Shown: positions 37,601-50,135 of the stretch, piece by piece | Layout: each line of letters begins with the position of its first letter | Position numbering within the stretch: the first letter of the stretch is position 1 | DNA from: Acytostelium subglobosum | Taxonomy: Eukaryota | Assembly (NCBI RefSeq): GCF_000787575.1 | Contig: NW_012236531.1 | Span: 281,054 to 345,053 of the forward strand | Length of the DNA: 64,000 nucleotides | Reading direction: 5' to 3' | Notes under the pieces: generated by a model | Databases searched by the model: none | Seen by the model: only the letters and a program-made list of their open reading frames with translations | Told to the model about the DNA's origin: nothing | Made by a program: the position numbers and the translations under genes

Positions 37601-39639
37601 TGCGTCCACAAGACTACTACTTCCATTGTATGGCCGGTCGTGAGGGTCTGATCGATACCGCCGTCAAGACTGCACGTTCTGGTTACTTGCAGCGTTGTAT
37701 CATCAAACATCTTGAGGGTCTCACCGTGCAGTACGACAACACAGTGCGTGACTCTGATGGTTCGATCATCCAGTTCAACTATGGTGAGGACTCACTCGAG
37801 ATCACCAAGCGCCAGTACTTGCTCAACTTTGACAACATCGCTCAGAACTTTGATCTGTTCAAGAGCCACTTCCGCGAGGAGTTGAAGGACATTGAGAAGA
37901 ACTGGAACAGCAAGGAGACCAAGAAGATCTTGGAGGCACACGAGAAGATCCAATCAAAGCCCATGGACAAGCGTGACGACCCAGTCATGAGTCGCTTCAA
38001 TGCCAACGAGATTGGTGTCACCTCTGAGTTGTTCATGGCTCAGCTCAACAAGTACATCGATGAGAACCCATCGGGCCTGATCAAGACCGCCAAGAACAAG
38101 ACTGGTCGTATTGCCGAGAAGGAGTTCCGTCAAGTGATGTGCCTCAACTACAACCGCTGCACTGTGGCACCAGGTGATGCCGTCGGTCTGCTGTGCGCGC
38201 AGTCCATTGGAGAGCCCTCCACACAGATGACCCTGAACACATTCCATTTGGCTGGTCGTGGTGAGGCCAACGTCACACTGGGTATCCCACGTCTGAGAGA
38301 GATCATCCAGACTGCATCCAAGGAGCCATCGACACCACTCATGGAGATAGTGTTGAAGGACCCAACGGACAAGTTGGCCACAGAGATGTTGGCCAAGAAG
38401 ATCGAGTGGCTCAAGATGTGCGACATCATCGAGGGTGTCACTGTGCACGAGCAGCTGCGAGGTGTCGACCGTTGCTACGACATTGTCCTCACATTTATCC
38501 CCAACCTCAAGAACCTGCTCAAGATCAAGGAGATTGGAGACAAGCAGCTGCCCGACATCTTTGAGTCATTCATCAAGCAGGTGCAGAGCAAGGTGAGACG
38601 TGCCAACAGTCAAAAGACGATCGACGTGTCACAGGGCCAGAAGATTGGCTCAGAGTACGGCGCCGACGAGGCTGGCGGACTGGACGACGACAACGAGCCC
38701 CAAGCTGACGGTGACGACCAGGCTGATGGAGACAACAACGACAAGCAGAAGAACAAGAAGAAGAAGCAGACCAAGCGCCAAACTAGAGAGGACGATGACG
38801 ACAGTGCATCGGCCAAGCAAAAGGACAATAAGAAGGAGCGCGCTAGCTACGACGAAGACGACGAAGAGAAGGATGTAAATGACGACGATGATGACGAGTC
38901 CAGCGGAGTGGACCAGAGCGGCAGCGACGACGAGGACAAGAAGAAGAAGTCCAAGGCCGCCGACAGCGACGACGAAGAGGACAGGAACGGCGTGTCCACC
39001 ACTACCAAGATCGAGTCAACCACGACCGAGTTCAACTTCTCCACATACACATTCAAGATCTCTGTGCCATCCAACAGCAAGAAGATGCTCATTCTCAATA
39101 TTGTGGAGCAAGTCGCCCTCAACTTTATCATTAAGTCCTTCAAGGGAATCTCACGTTGTTTCATCAACGAGAAGTCGGGCAGCGGCGGCAAGACCGAGTA
39201 CTCAATCCAGACTGAGGGTGTCAACTTCAACGACCTGGCGCAGATCCAGGACAGCATCCAGATGAGCAAGCTCTACACCAACAACATCGCCTTTATCCTG
39301 GAGAAGTACGGAGTGGAGGCATGCAAGAGCGCCATCGTCTCAGAGATTACCACTGTGTTTGGTGCTTATGGTATCACAGTCGACAAGCGCCATCTCACAA
39401 TGTTGGGTGACTACATGACATTCGAGGGAGGCTACCGCGCCCTGAACAGAAACGGTCTGGACAACAACCCATCGCCACTGCAAAAGATGTCGTTTGAGAC
39501 CACGTGTACCTTCCTCCAGAAGGCCGTCCTGCTTGGTGACAGTGACATCTGTGAGTCACCATCCTCCCGTATTGTCCTTGGACAGGTGGTTCGCGGAGGT
39601 ACCGGTGCCTTTGAGATCGTTACACCTCTCAATCAATAA
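34601..39639 (+). CDS. DNA-directed RNA polymerase I largest subunit (A190/RPA1), 3 exons, about 1,631 aa
   Basis: Exons 34601..34782, 34848..35007 and 35086..39639, with introns GTATGT...tag and GTATGT...acag. The N-terminus has FAFYSADEIRKISQKQITEPETFD, the zinc motif CIVCNMSHMDCPGHYGHIELPIPAYNPVMF, the catalytic NADFDGDEMN, and Pol I-specific regions. An acidic D/E/K-rich insertion lies at about 38640-38960. Confidence 0.9.
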
Positions 39640-40042
39640 AACAAACAAATTTCCAAATCATTCGTCATTCGTTCCTTTCTCCAACAGCAATCAAGTACAT
39701 AATCACTACAGATAGGACTTATCCTTACGAAACAACTATGGTCCACTGAGTGACACTCGATGTTGTTGAAGGATGTGGACATGGGAAGATGATTATTGAG
39801 GATGGTTGGTAGGTCGATTAATCAACCACAACCATCTTCTAATGAACAGATATTTGAAGCTCGTAAGGAGAGTACTATACTCTTCTTGTATACTTGCTTG
39901 TGATAATAACTATTCGTTATGATTCCCAACGATATCTATCCTTCAACCAAACTGCGAGCAATAGAACAACATACTTCAATAAAGCAGGTCAATGGCCTGA
40001 CCCTAGCCCGAACAACAATCAATTGATTAAGACAAACAGCGT

Positions 40043-43000
40043 TTACTTCTCACTCTTATCACTATCCTTCTTTGGACCTCTGCTGAGGAATTTGGACTTG
40101 AACGATGACATTGACAGCTTGGCGGCAGAGAGAGTAGAGGCAGACTTCTCCTCTTTGGACGAGGAGGATGAAGACGAACCAACACTCGATGGGTTGGTGT
40201 ATGGATTCTGGGCGATATTCAGAGAGGACAGTGATGATCCACTGGAAGCGTTGATCTGTGGCGATTCTGTTGGACTTAGCATTGGCATCTGTGAGCCAAA
40301 CATACTTCCAATAGTCTCCAAACCTTCCTTATACTCAATCTTCTTGATTGTGTCCTTCAACAGCTTTACACAGTTTGGTGATGTGTACATCATGTAATAG
40401 AACTTTGCCAATTCCTGTTGATTGATTGATTGGATGAGTTAGCGAGCTGTCATTGGATAGTGGAACAAACAAACTAACTTACAATGAATGCCAGACCAGG
40501 ATATGACGATATGTATCGCTTGTAAATCATGTGTATCTTGATAAACATGAACTTGGATATGAATAGACTGATCAGGGACTTGAGATCCTTCTCCACGAGC
40601 TTGGTGGTCTCCTTGGAGCGCAGTTGAGGACTCTTGGCGGACAGCGTGGCAATGTTGAACATCTTGGTGATGTAATGCAGTGCGTTGGTGATGACGGTGG
40701 TGTGCGAGCTGATGGCAATCAGATCCATGAAGCCGCCCATGATGGTGTCCTTGCTCAGGTATTCCAGTGTGCCCACGTGATTCTTACACAGCTGATACAA
40801 GAACTTCCAGGCCTCGCGGTTGAGGTCGGGATAGGTACCATCTCGGCAGTAAGCCAACAGACGCGTGTAGAAGTCCTCCTCAGTCTTGACAATCGTGTAG
40901 ACCGGGTAGCACTTAAACAGATGTCGCATACAGCGAAGCAGGTAGGTACGTGTTGGATAGGAGTATGGGTTGGTTGCTGACGTGAGTGAGTCGTTGATGC
41001 GGTTGGACAGGTTACGGATATCGATGGGCGACAGGGTCAGTGTGGATTGACCCCAGCGCTTCTGTGACGTCTTGACATCCTGCGTCGCCTGCAATGTACC
41101 GAGATGAGAGTGTATCTTGCCCAAGTTGGACAACAACTGAGCAATGACCATTGTTTGATTGTTGAGCACGCGAGCATTCTTTGTGATGTACTGTAGCAGC
41201 AGATGGAACAGCATGCCGTCCAGGACAAAGAGGAACTTGTTGCGCACGCCCATTGGGATCTTGGGAGTTGGTGATGCTGGTGTGCTGCCAGGTGATCCGA
41301 CTACAGATGGCGATGTGGCCAGGTTTAGAGAGGAGCCAGAACCCGATGACGAGCCGGAAGAGATGGTTGCGTTGGGGTTGGCGGCGGGTGCGTTTGTGGC
41401 CTCGATGGTCGAACGGATTGCACTTTGGAAGATCTCCAGCACAAGCTCCAGCAGCAGACCGCTAGGTCGTTGCTCCTCGTTGCCGATAAAGTCGCGGATC
41501 GATGACTCGGGGTCCCTTGTGTACTCCTTGTAGACAAACTCGACCCATGGCGGACGGTTGAGCACGGCGAATAGACGACGTGCGGCAAACTGCACATGCT
41601 TGAGTTTGGAGTCGCAAACCATCTTGCAGCGGTTGAAGAAGTAGGATGGCTCGGCCTTGAAGCAGTTGTGGATGGCCATTCCCTCCTGGTTGTGCATGAG
41701 CTGTAACAGGATGAACAGACAGAATGACGACACGGTGACGCTGCGATGTTTGATGCCCACGAACAGCTTGTCCAAGATGCTAGAGGTGTTGTGCTGCAGC
41801 AGGTTGGCGAGGTTGTGTGCGATCGACACTTTAGACTGGCTCACAGTGGACTTGGAGTAGTAGAGATGGACGTGCACGTCCAGCACGCGACCAATGATCG
41901 TGAGGTAATAGTAGCAAAATGTGAGCCTGAAGATAGACTCGAGAGTGTCGCCCAGCGTGGCGCGCACCAGCGCGTACGTCTCCTCCTTCCATGGGAAGAT
42001 GTCCGTTGGTGACTCACTGAGGAAGTCGAATGTGTAGGCCAGCAGCGACAGGGTCTTGACATCCTTGGCCGTGATAAGCTGGGAGAGGATGGGCGAGCCT
42101 TGGTTACCACTGAAGATGTTCATAACGAGGAACGACATCTTGGCATGGAACATCGTGCTCTTGTTCTCCTCAAGAAGACGCAGCAGATTGCTAAAGTTGT
42201 CGGGTGTGATGCACTTGGTGATCATCGTGGCATACGACTTGCCGCCGTCAAAGTCCTCGCTGAAGCTCGTGTCGAGAAGGTCTGAGAACTTGTCCAAGTA
42301 CATGCTGCCGTGCAGTATCTCGACGATCGTGTCGAATGTGAGCGAGTCCTTGGTGATATGCTGCTGTGACGTGATGATCATGTCGATGTCGTCCTTGTGC
42401 TTCTGATGCGTCGAGGCCGACACTGTGGGGTGGTACCAAGAGTAGAGGTGGTTGTATCTATCGGCCGAGATGTACATGCGCAGCTGCTGTTGATGTTGCT
42501 GCACGTAGTCGCTGTTGGCCAGGCTAGAGTGATCCAGGATGATGTCGTGGCCAGGCACGTTGAACAGCACTGATTGGCCTTCGGTCTTGGGCGGGGCGTC
42601 CTGGCACGAGCGCAGCTGCTCAGGCGTCAGGTCTGTGCGGCGCAAATGTATGTTCTTGAGCTCCTTGTAGTTCTTTACCAATGACATCATTGGCAGCGGT
42701 AGTGTGCCGTGAATGCGAGGCAGTAGTTGTGTCTGCTTGTGGCTAAACAATGAGTGAGTGCCACCAAACAACTTATTGGACATATTGCCAAACGTTGTAT
42801 TAATGCTCCTCTTTGATGCATCATTAGGTGTGAACAGTTTATCCTTGCTAAACTCTGGTGATACTCTATCATATGACTTGGCAACAGTCTTTAAGAATGT
42901 CTTGTTCTGTTTGTTTGATTGATCGATTGAGTGAGTGGGATAGTTCCAGTGATTGATTGATTGGATCGAGTGAGTTGCCAGGAGTGTGCGAGACATGTTA

Positions 43001-44154
43001 GTCCATGACAATGAATGATTGATTGATTGAATAAAGTCCATGACTTACCTCAAAGAATGTAACCTCCTTGATACCAGACTTGATCTTGATCATTTGTTTG
43101 GCAGCTTGATCGGCAGCAGCCTTGTTACTCAGATGATCGGATGGTGTGAGACCTGAAACATCCTCGGGGAGGTTGGAGGCATGCTCTCTGATGGACTGGA
43201 TGGGGATCAAGTCCTTGAGCTGTGATGCATGTGGTGGGAAGTAGGGCAGTTGGACACAGACTGATGCCCATCGCAACAAGGCTTCGTTGTACTCCTCGTA
43301 GGAGTTGAAGTCGTCGGGTGTTGGCTCCTGGGGATAGAGATGCGAGTCCCATGGATCGGTGTTGTTCTCCAGGTCCTTGATGTCGACGAGGTCGATCGAG
43401 TCGGCCAGCACTGTGATGTCGTCGTCGATTTCGCTGTTGAGTGGATCGCTCTTCTCGTCTGAGTCGCCCTCGTTCGAGAAGGACGACACGGACGGACGGA
43501 AGTCAAACGTGGAGTTGTCGCGCACACCACGATAGTCAGACAGCTTGGGGCGGTAGTAGGCGCGACCCGACACTGACGGCATGCGGATGTCCGAGAAGAT
43601 CGTCTCGATGAGGAAGCGCCACGCGAGGAACGCCTGTTCGTAGTCAAAGAAGTTCTCAAACTCGTCGAGCTGGGGGATGGTGTTGTGCAGGTGCGAGATC
43701 TGCTCCTCGAGCGACATGTCCACGTCGTCCTCAATGTCCACATGTCCATTCAGCTGTCTATCCACTGGCTTATACTTAAACAATGGCACGTAGTTCACAT
43801 CATAAAAGTTGCCATCAGGTGACATATACATTGCCTCTCCAACCGCTGTCCTCTTCTTTAACTTTGCTGTAAACTCTTCAGGTTTCTTTGATGGTATAGC
43901 GTATGGCTTTTGTTCTGTTTGATGTATGTATGATTGATTGAGTGAGTGAGTGAGCATGATTGATCGATTGATTGGATTGATTGATTGAGTGTCATTCATT
44001 ACGTACGCGCTGTCTTTAAAGTGTTTGAACCATCATTGAGAATGAGACATTGTGACTTTGAACGTGAGCCAAAGACTGCAGTCTTGCGATACTGTGACTT
44101 GAGATGGCTGCTTACTCCTCCTCCACTATAACTGCCTTCTCCTGTCATTGACAT
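40043..44154 (-). CDS. large (~1,270 aa) alpha-helical protein of unknown function, 4 exons
   Basis: Exons (minus strand): ~44007..44154 (MSMTGEGSYSGGG...LKTA, then GTACGT donor), 43049..43914 (ORF 42998..43999, ending FFE|GTAAGT), 40483..42906 (ORF 40474..43041, starting NKTFLKTVAKSYDRVSPEF and ending GLAFI|GTAAGT), and 40043..40414 (ELAKFYYMMYTSPNCVKLL...). Protein-like composition with HEAT/ARM-like helical repeats. I do not recognise the family. Confidence 0.6.
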
Positions 44155-44894
44155 TATTTGATTGATTGATTGATCACTTTGATTGATTGATTGATTGATC
44201 GTGTTGTGTTATATATAAATATTATTACAATGAAGAATAAGTTATTATGTTGTTATTGTTGTTATTGTTTGAATGATGATGATGATAAATGTTGTTGTTA
44301 TGGACTTTGACCAAAGTGATAATAGAGATTGATGAGAGATGATAAGTGTTTGTTGTGATAGCGCAAACACCAAACTAACACACAACACGACACACAGAAG
44401 AGACACAATAAGATGAGGTGAGGCGAGCTGATGTGGTGTGATGATTGATGATCGAAACAAAAGTGGTGGGTGGGGGGGTTTGGTTTGGTTGGCTTTCACT
44501 CCTCACACACAAACTAGTTGATATTTGTCAATCGTCAGGTAATTATTATTATTATTTCTTTATATTTGTATGGTATATATTTAGTAATATAAGTGTAAGT
44601 GTAGGATATGAATGAGTGAGTGAATGAATGAATGTGAACCTAGATTTATGTCATGTGGGCTCTACATTGAGGTGCAATCTCTTTGGATTACGAAAGGGTG
44701 CACGAACACCAAGTTGTTGTTGGATATTTTGTTGGCTAAAAATGAAGAAGAATGTTGCGTGACAAAGTCTTTGAAGTGAAGCTGGAGTTACAACAACAAA
44801 GTAATCAACATACGTCATCAATGAAGAAGAATATAATAATATCTACATGTTATAATATGACATTTGTTTTGTGTTTATTAATCAATCTAATCCT

Positions 44895-45480
44895 TTAAGG
44901 ATTCCTCTTCTCCAATTCATAGTCCTTGTCATTGCCCTTCATTGTCTTGATTGCATATTGATAGGATACTATACAGACTGCTGGAAGTAGTAGTACGTTG
45001 AATGCCCAGAATAGAGTGGTGGCAACGGCCAAGTATTGTCTAATACTTTGACAGAATTCAGAGTAGACATCAGTGCCTCCACAGCTATTACGTACATATC
45101 TAGGTAGGAATCTACAAAAGATAATATAAGCTACGAATGCTTCTAATGTTGTCAATGCTGCCATTATAAAGTATAGTTGACATAGTCTCTCTCTTCTTAA
45201 TATTGTCGCTAGGAATCCAACTACACCAGTGGCAACACAACAGAATCCATTTGCAAAGTATACCCAAGTATGTTCAATCTTTACATTCTTATCAGTCCAT
45301 GCAATTACTACTTGTGCAACTCCAAACAACTAAAGCGTAAGTTAAGTTGAATAAGTTAGTTGGATTGTGAGAGGGCGAGGGCGAGGGTTGAGGGTGAGGG
45401 CGAGGGTTGAGGGTTGGGGACTTACAAAGAGTATGATTGATAATGTTCCAACAAGTCCTCGTGAATGTAACTTCATTATT
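44895..45480 (-). CDS. small 4-TM membrane protein (~160 aa), 2 exons
   Basis: Exon 1 at ~45430..45480 (MKLHSRGLVGTLSIILF, then GTAAGT donor). Exon 2 is ORF 44895..45329, which carries four hydrophobic helices and a conserved CC pair (GFCCVATG). Confidence 0.45.
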
Positions 45481-46136
45481 ATTATTATTATCAATTATCT
45501 ATATAATATTATTTGTTTACAATATTTCTAAACAACAGTTTAAAGATTCTGCAGTACAATATTAATTGACGACTCTATCAAGTGCGCCATTGGTTCCTTA
45601 GAATTGTTGACATCTTAGACTTCAACTTCAACTTCCAACTGCGATCCATTATATCAGCTGGGGCCTTGATATCATAAAAGAGGATGAGGGACCTATCCTG
45701 TCCTAATTTGGAAATTTACAAGGCCTCAAAAAAAAAAAAAAAACAAACAGTGTCCAACCAACTATTTGTTTTCCCGACTTTGACAAACAGTAACCTGCGG
45801 CCTTCAGATTGTTTGTTTGTTTGTTGAAGGACCATACATTGTGAGGATCTAAAACAATCCACTTATAGTAATTATGATTCAGAAGGGAGGGAAATTTCAA
45901 AAGTATCACATGTGGGCCTTCTTGAGGCCTCCTCTATCTTGGTTGGTAATCAATTATCCAAGTTACTCAGTTAATTATAATTAAATGGTATATTTATTAT
46001 AAAGTATGTAATTAATAAGTAGTTGTACATAAAATAGTAATAGTATTATGTTTGATTGATTGATTATTTGATTGTTTGTTTGATTGATTGTCTTTGTTTT
46101 GGGAGTTGGGGGAGGGGAGTTGTAGAGAGTCACTCA

Positions 46137-49100
46137 CTAGTCCTCATTCAATTGCTTCTCATCGATCTCCATTCGTTGGATATCCTCTGGCGCCATTCGT
46201 AACATGGCCATCGTGTGAATGTGCTGGACACGGAGACGATTGATGAATGGACGGAAGACAAAGAGGTACATGAAGAACATGACCACGCACACCAATGACA
46301 TGACCAGCGTGATGATCGTGATGGCGTACTCTTGGATGTCCTGCCAGTACTGGAAGTAGAGGAATGATGCGCGGTCCAGGCCGTCCAGGATGTCGGTCTG
46401 GCCCACGGACTTCATCCACTGCACATCGGTATTGTTGGCAATGATCAGACTGCGCTGCGTGTAGATCAGATTGAGCGAGTGCTCGATGAACTCGTTGACA
46501 AGCCAGTCGAGGCCGTGCGCCACGTCGTCGTAGTATGGGTCGGATTCGTTGCGGCACTTGGACTGGTCGATGAGCCAGCAGCCGTAGCTGCCGTCCATCA
46601 GCGCGCGCGTCTGCGGTATGTCCGTGAGCATGTTGTGATTATACTGCATTTCCATTGTGATGTTGGTCATCCAGCCGGTCGTTCCATCGTTGGTGAGTTC
46701 AGGTGACATGATACGAGAGACGAGTGTATTGAGGATGCGCGCGTAGGTGGCACGCTTGCTGTTCATGGCAACTTGCACGCCCGAGCCATAGTCGGCGTAG
46801 ATCTCGTAGAAGGATATGTAGAGTCCGATGGTGATCACTGCGAACAGGATAATCAGGGCGACCGAGTAGTAGATGTGTTGGCGACGCAACACCGATCTGA
46901 TGCCGCGCTTGTTGACGTTACGCTTGCTCTTGCCGTCCCATGCGCCAAACAAAGTGAGCTCACCGCGACCTCCGCGTGGCAGGTCTGCCTTGGCGAGAGG
47001 TGAGGCGTTGGCGTTGGCGGCAGCGACATTGGCGGCCGTGGCATCCTCGTGGATGTGCACGGCGGAGAGGCCAGATGCGCCAATGAGTGGTCGCATGTCG
47101 CCGGCGCTCCTGTCCAGATGGAGGGAGTCGCGCTTCAATTGCTCGACCAGGATGCCATTCTTGCCATACGAGTCGTAGGATGGGCGCATGAGTGATGATG
47201 AGCTCTGCATGTCCTCGCGGGCAGACGACAGCTTGGGGGTGGTCTCGACTGGTGTGTGTGGCACGGCTGCCACCACGTCGTCCTCCTTGTCAGACATGAG
47301 TTCGCGGTCAGACTCGCTGTCAACGCTCACAAGTCTGTGGCGCTGTGCGGCCATCTTCTCCAGCACCTCCTTGGGTGCCAGGGTGAACAGCACCAGGATG
47401 CGGATCTTCTCGCGAGAGATACGCGACACTACAGGTCGGAATGCCAGCACGGCGCACAGCAACAGGACGACAAACAGCGCGAGCCAAGAGTAGACGATGC
47501 TGAACGAGATTTGGTTGGCGCGGTCCATCACCGTCTGGCTGTAGGCCATCTGGATGTCAAAGTAGGCGCGGGTCAGACTGCGAGGGCCATTGTCCGAGAC
47601 GAAACGGAACAGCGGGTTGGAGTAGGCTGTGCTTCCAAACATCGAGATGTTGTTGCCGGCCATCATAGCGCGGCCACTCTCAACAAAGAGGTTGCCGGCC
47701 TTCCATGCGTTGTATGTTTGGTTGGTGGACGAGTTTCGGAAGTTGATGTAGTTGTCAGCGGTACCATTGCGAGTGCCGTTCCATTGACCGCCGCCGCCAC
47801 CTCCATTCCAGCCTCCGCCGCCATTCCAACCGCCACTGCCACGACCGCCCCAATTGTTGCCCTGGCCGGGGATGGTGAGGAAGATGCTCATCACAACTGA
47901 GGGCTCGTTGTAGATAGCCGAGAGCAGGGGTTCAGTGGCCGGGCGAGTCTTGTTGAATTGGCTGTAATCAAATACCTCGGAGCCAATATCGTAGATGTTG
48001 GGCAGGCCGTAGAGACGCTTGAGCTGGGCCATGCTGTCGCTGACGTACGGGTTGGCCGACTGCTCGCCCCAGTATATGGCATGATGTATGTTCTCCAACA
48101 CGTTGAGTGAGCGTATTGACCTGTTGTAGTAGTATGAGAAGTTGCCGAAAGCCTCTTCGACTGTGATGTTTTGTACGATGAAGCCTCCGGGACCCCATCC
48201 TGAGCGACCTCCATCACGGCCTCCACCGCTGCCTCCTCCACCGCCACCTCCACTTGTTCGTCCAGTAGTTGATGCTGCACCAGTTGTTGAAGCTGTTGTT
48301 GCTGCGCCAGTGACACCTCCAGTTGTTGATGCAGTTGTTGTTGCAGTTGTTGTTGCAGTTGTTGTAACAGTTGTTGTTGCAGTAGTTGTTGCAGTAGATG
48401 TTGTGGCGGCAGTCGCTGCGCCAGTTGTCGTAGTTGTGGCGCCGGTTGTTGTGGAGTTGCCAGATGGTGTCCAGCCAAGTGTTGCAGTTGTAGTTGATGT
48501 TGTTGTCGGGTCTGTGGTGGGTGTGGTCGTTGTCGTGGTCGTGGGATCAGTAGTGGATGTCGTCGTTGTGGTAGTTGTAGGCGTGGTCGTAGTTGTTGGC
48601 GTGGTCGTAGTCGTGGTGCCAGTGGTCGCTGCGGTTGTGGTCGTCGCTCCAGTAGTTGTCGTTGTGGTAGTGGCAGCCGTCGTTGACGCCGTAGTTGTCG
48701 TCACTCCAGTGCCAGTCGTGGTAGTAGTTGTTGTCCCTGCCGTCGTTGTCCCTGCCGTAGTTGTACCGCCAGCAGTCCAGCCGCCGCCACCCGTGGTGGA
48801 GGATCTGTTGCCATTATCAGTGGCGTTGAATAGGTAGGTGAGTGCATACTGTTGCATGTTGTTGAAGTTCTGAGCGATGCGGTTGGCCTCGATGGCAGCC
48901 TCACCCGCTGACAAGATGTCCTGGAAGGCGTTGCGCTGGTTGACCATCTGCGTGCGCAACAATGCCAGACAGATGATGGAGAAGATGATTGTGACCACGG
49001 TTGTGGCGATCATTATCCATGACAACGCGTTAATAGCGTTCGAGTGCTGGAATGCCTGGTAGCGAGCCCTCTTTAGTGCGCTCGATGAGTTGGACTCGGA

Positions 49101-50135
49101 GTTCGAGTCCTTGTTGTGGCTGTTGCGATCGTCAATCTCAATGCTGCCCGACTTGTCGATGGGGATCATCTCGATGTTGCCACCACCACGCTCAGCCATG
49201 TCGAGCTTCTCGTCGTCGGACAGATTGGTGCCGGGGTCTGATGCCAGCACGATCATGTGTTCGCTGGACTTGGACTTGGACATGTCGTCCTCGAGTAAGT
49301 CAGCCTTCTTGCGCAGACGCAGAGCCTTGTCGCCGTCCTTGACCACCTCCTCCATGAACAGGGCAAAGTCACGGATGACACGCACCGAGTTGGGGTTGAG
49401 TGCCAGGAGACGTTCGTATAACTCGATGGCCTTGGTCTCCTTGCGCGCAATCCTTCCCGACAGCTCGTTGAGGCGCTGTAGGTCGATGGTCTCGTGAAGC
49501 AGCTGGCGCCAGAAGCGGTTGATGTAGTGCAGGCAGGAGTTGTGCGACTTGCGTGCCGCGATGTACAGCTTCTTGAACTCCATGTACGACACAAAGTCCT
49601 GGATTTTGCCGCCCTCTGGTCCCTTGAGGTCTGAGTCCATCATCTGTTGGCGGTCCTTGTCGTGGCGGTAGATGAAGAAGCGCACGTCCAAAGGTGGTTG
49701 CATGCGTCTCAGCTTCTCCAGTGCGGCGTAGCCCACATGTATGTTGCGACGTACGGTGAACAGGTAGTTGGCGTAGGCCATCCACAGCAGCTCCGAGTTG
49801 GGATAGTACTGCAGGCCGGCCTGGTACAGGAAGTTGACACGCTCGATGGCCTGGCCGTCGACGCTGTCGTGCAGGATCTTGCGAGACATGATCTCGACAA
49901 AGTAGGCAAAGGCGAATCTGCGCTTGAAGAATGGGAACTCGATGTTCTTCTTGGAGCCCAGTGTGTTGTCAACTGCTTCGAACTTTACAACGCGTACACC
50001 ATCCACACCATCATTGATCTGCAAGCCTTGATCACTCGATTGCTTTGGCAATTGTATATTTGTAAGATGTTCAGCCTGTGATGTTATGTACTTATAGAAT
50101 CGTCCTAGAGTGTAGTGTAATGTTATGTTAGTCAC
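46137..50135 (-). CDS. very large type-I/III membrane protein (1,332+ aa): N-terminal TPR/HAT-like cytosolic region, a TM segment, a mucin-like poly-Thr/Gly ectodomain, and a C-terminal multi-TM region
   Basis: Single minus-strand ORF. N-terminal helical repeats (ELLWMAYANYLF...), a TM helix INALSWIMIATTVVTIIFSIICLALL, about 250 aa of T/G/A low complexity ((ACN)n at 47900-48800), GGGW repeats, and further TM helices near the C-terminus. Family not recognised. Confidence 0.7.
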   Translation of the reverse strand: MTNITLHYTLGRFYKYITSQAEHLTNIQLPKQSSDQGLQINDGVDGVRVVKFEAVDNTLGSKKNIEFPFFKRRFAFAYFVEIMSRKILHDSVDGQAIERVNFLYQAGLQYYPNSELLWMAYANYLFTVRRNIHVGYAALEKLRRMQPPLDVRFFIYRHDKDRQQMMDSDLKGPEGGKIQDFVSYMEFKKLYIAARKSHNSCLHYINRFWRQLLHETIDLQRLNELSGRIARKETKAIELYERLLALNPNSVRVIRDFALFMEEVVKDGDKALRLRKKADLLEDDMSKSKSSEHMIVLASDPGTNLSDDEKLDMAERGGGNIEMIPIDKSGSIEIDDRNSHNKDSNSESNSSSALKRARYQAFQHSNAINALSWIMIATTVVTIIFSIICLALLRTQMVNQRNAFQDILSAGEAAIEANRIAQNFNNMQQYALTYLFNATDNGNRSSTTGGGGWTAGGTTTAGTTTAGTTTTTTTGTGVTTTTASTTAATTTTTTTGATTTTAATTGTTTTTTPTTTTTPTTTTTTTSTTDPTTTTTTTPTTDPTTTSTTTATLGWTPSGNSTTTGATTTTTGAATAATTSTATTTATTTVTTTATTTATTTASTTGGVTGAATTASTTGAASTTGRTSGGGGGGGSGGGRDGGRSGWGPGGFIVQNITVEEAFGNFSYYYNRSIRSLNVLENIHHAIYWGEQSANPYVSDSMAQLKRLYGLPNIYDIGSEVFDYSQFNKTRPATEPLLSAIYNEPSVVMSIFLTIPGQGNNWGGRGSGGWNGGGGWNGGGGGGQWNGTRNGTADNYINFRNSSTNQTYNAWKAGNLFVESGRAMMAGNNISMFGSTAYSNPLFRFVSDNGPRSLTRAYFDIQMAYSQTVMDRANQISFSIVYSWLALFVVLLLCAVLAFRPVVSRISREKIRILVLFTLAPKEVLEKMAAQRHRLVSVDSESDRELMSDKEDDVVAAVPHTPVETTPKLSSAREDMQSSSSLMRPSYDSYGKNGILVEQLKRDSLHLDRSAGDMRPLIGASGLSAVHIHEDATAANVAAANANASPLAKADLPRGGRGELTLFGAWDGKSKRNVNKRGIRSVLRRQHIYYSVALIILFAVITIGLYISFYEIYADYGSGVQVAMNSKRATYARILNTLVSRIMSPELTNDGTTGWMTNITMEMQYNHNMLTDIPQTRALMDGSYGCWLIDQSKCRNESDPYYDDVAHGLDWLVNEFIEHSLNLIYTQRSLIIANNTDVQWMKSVGQTDILDGLDRASFLYFQYWQDIQEYAITIITLVMSLVCVVMFFMYLFVFRPFINRLRVQHIHTMAMLRMAPEDIQRMEIDEKQLNED

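Noticed and set aside
48142-48837. 231-aa plus-strand ORF rich in Val/Ala/Pro
   Set aside because: It is the antisense reading of the (ACN)n poly-Thr coding repeat of the minus-strand giant TM gene, and therefore a compositional artefact.
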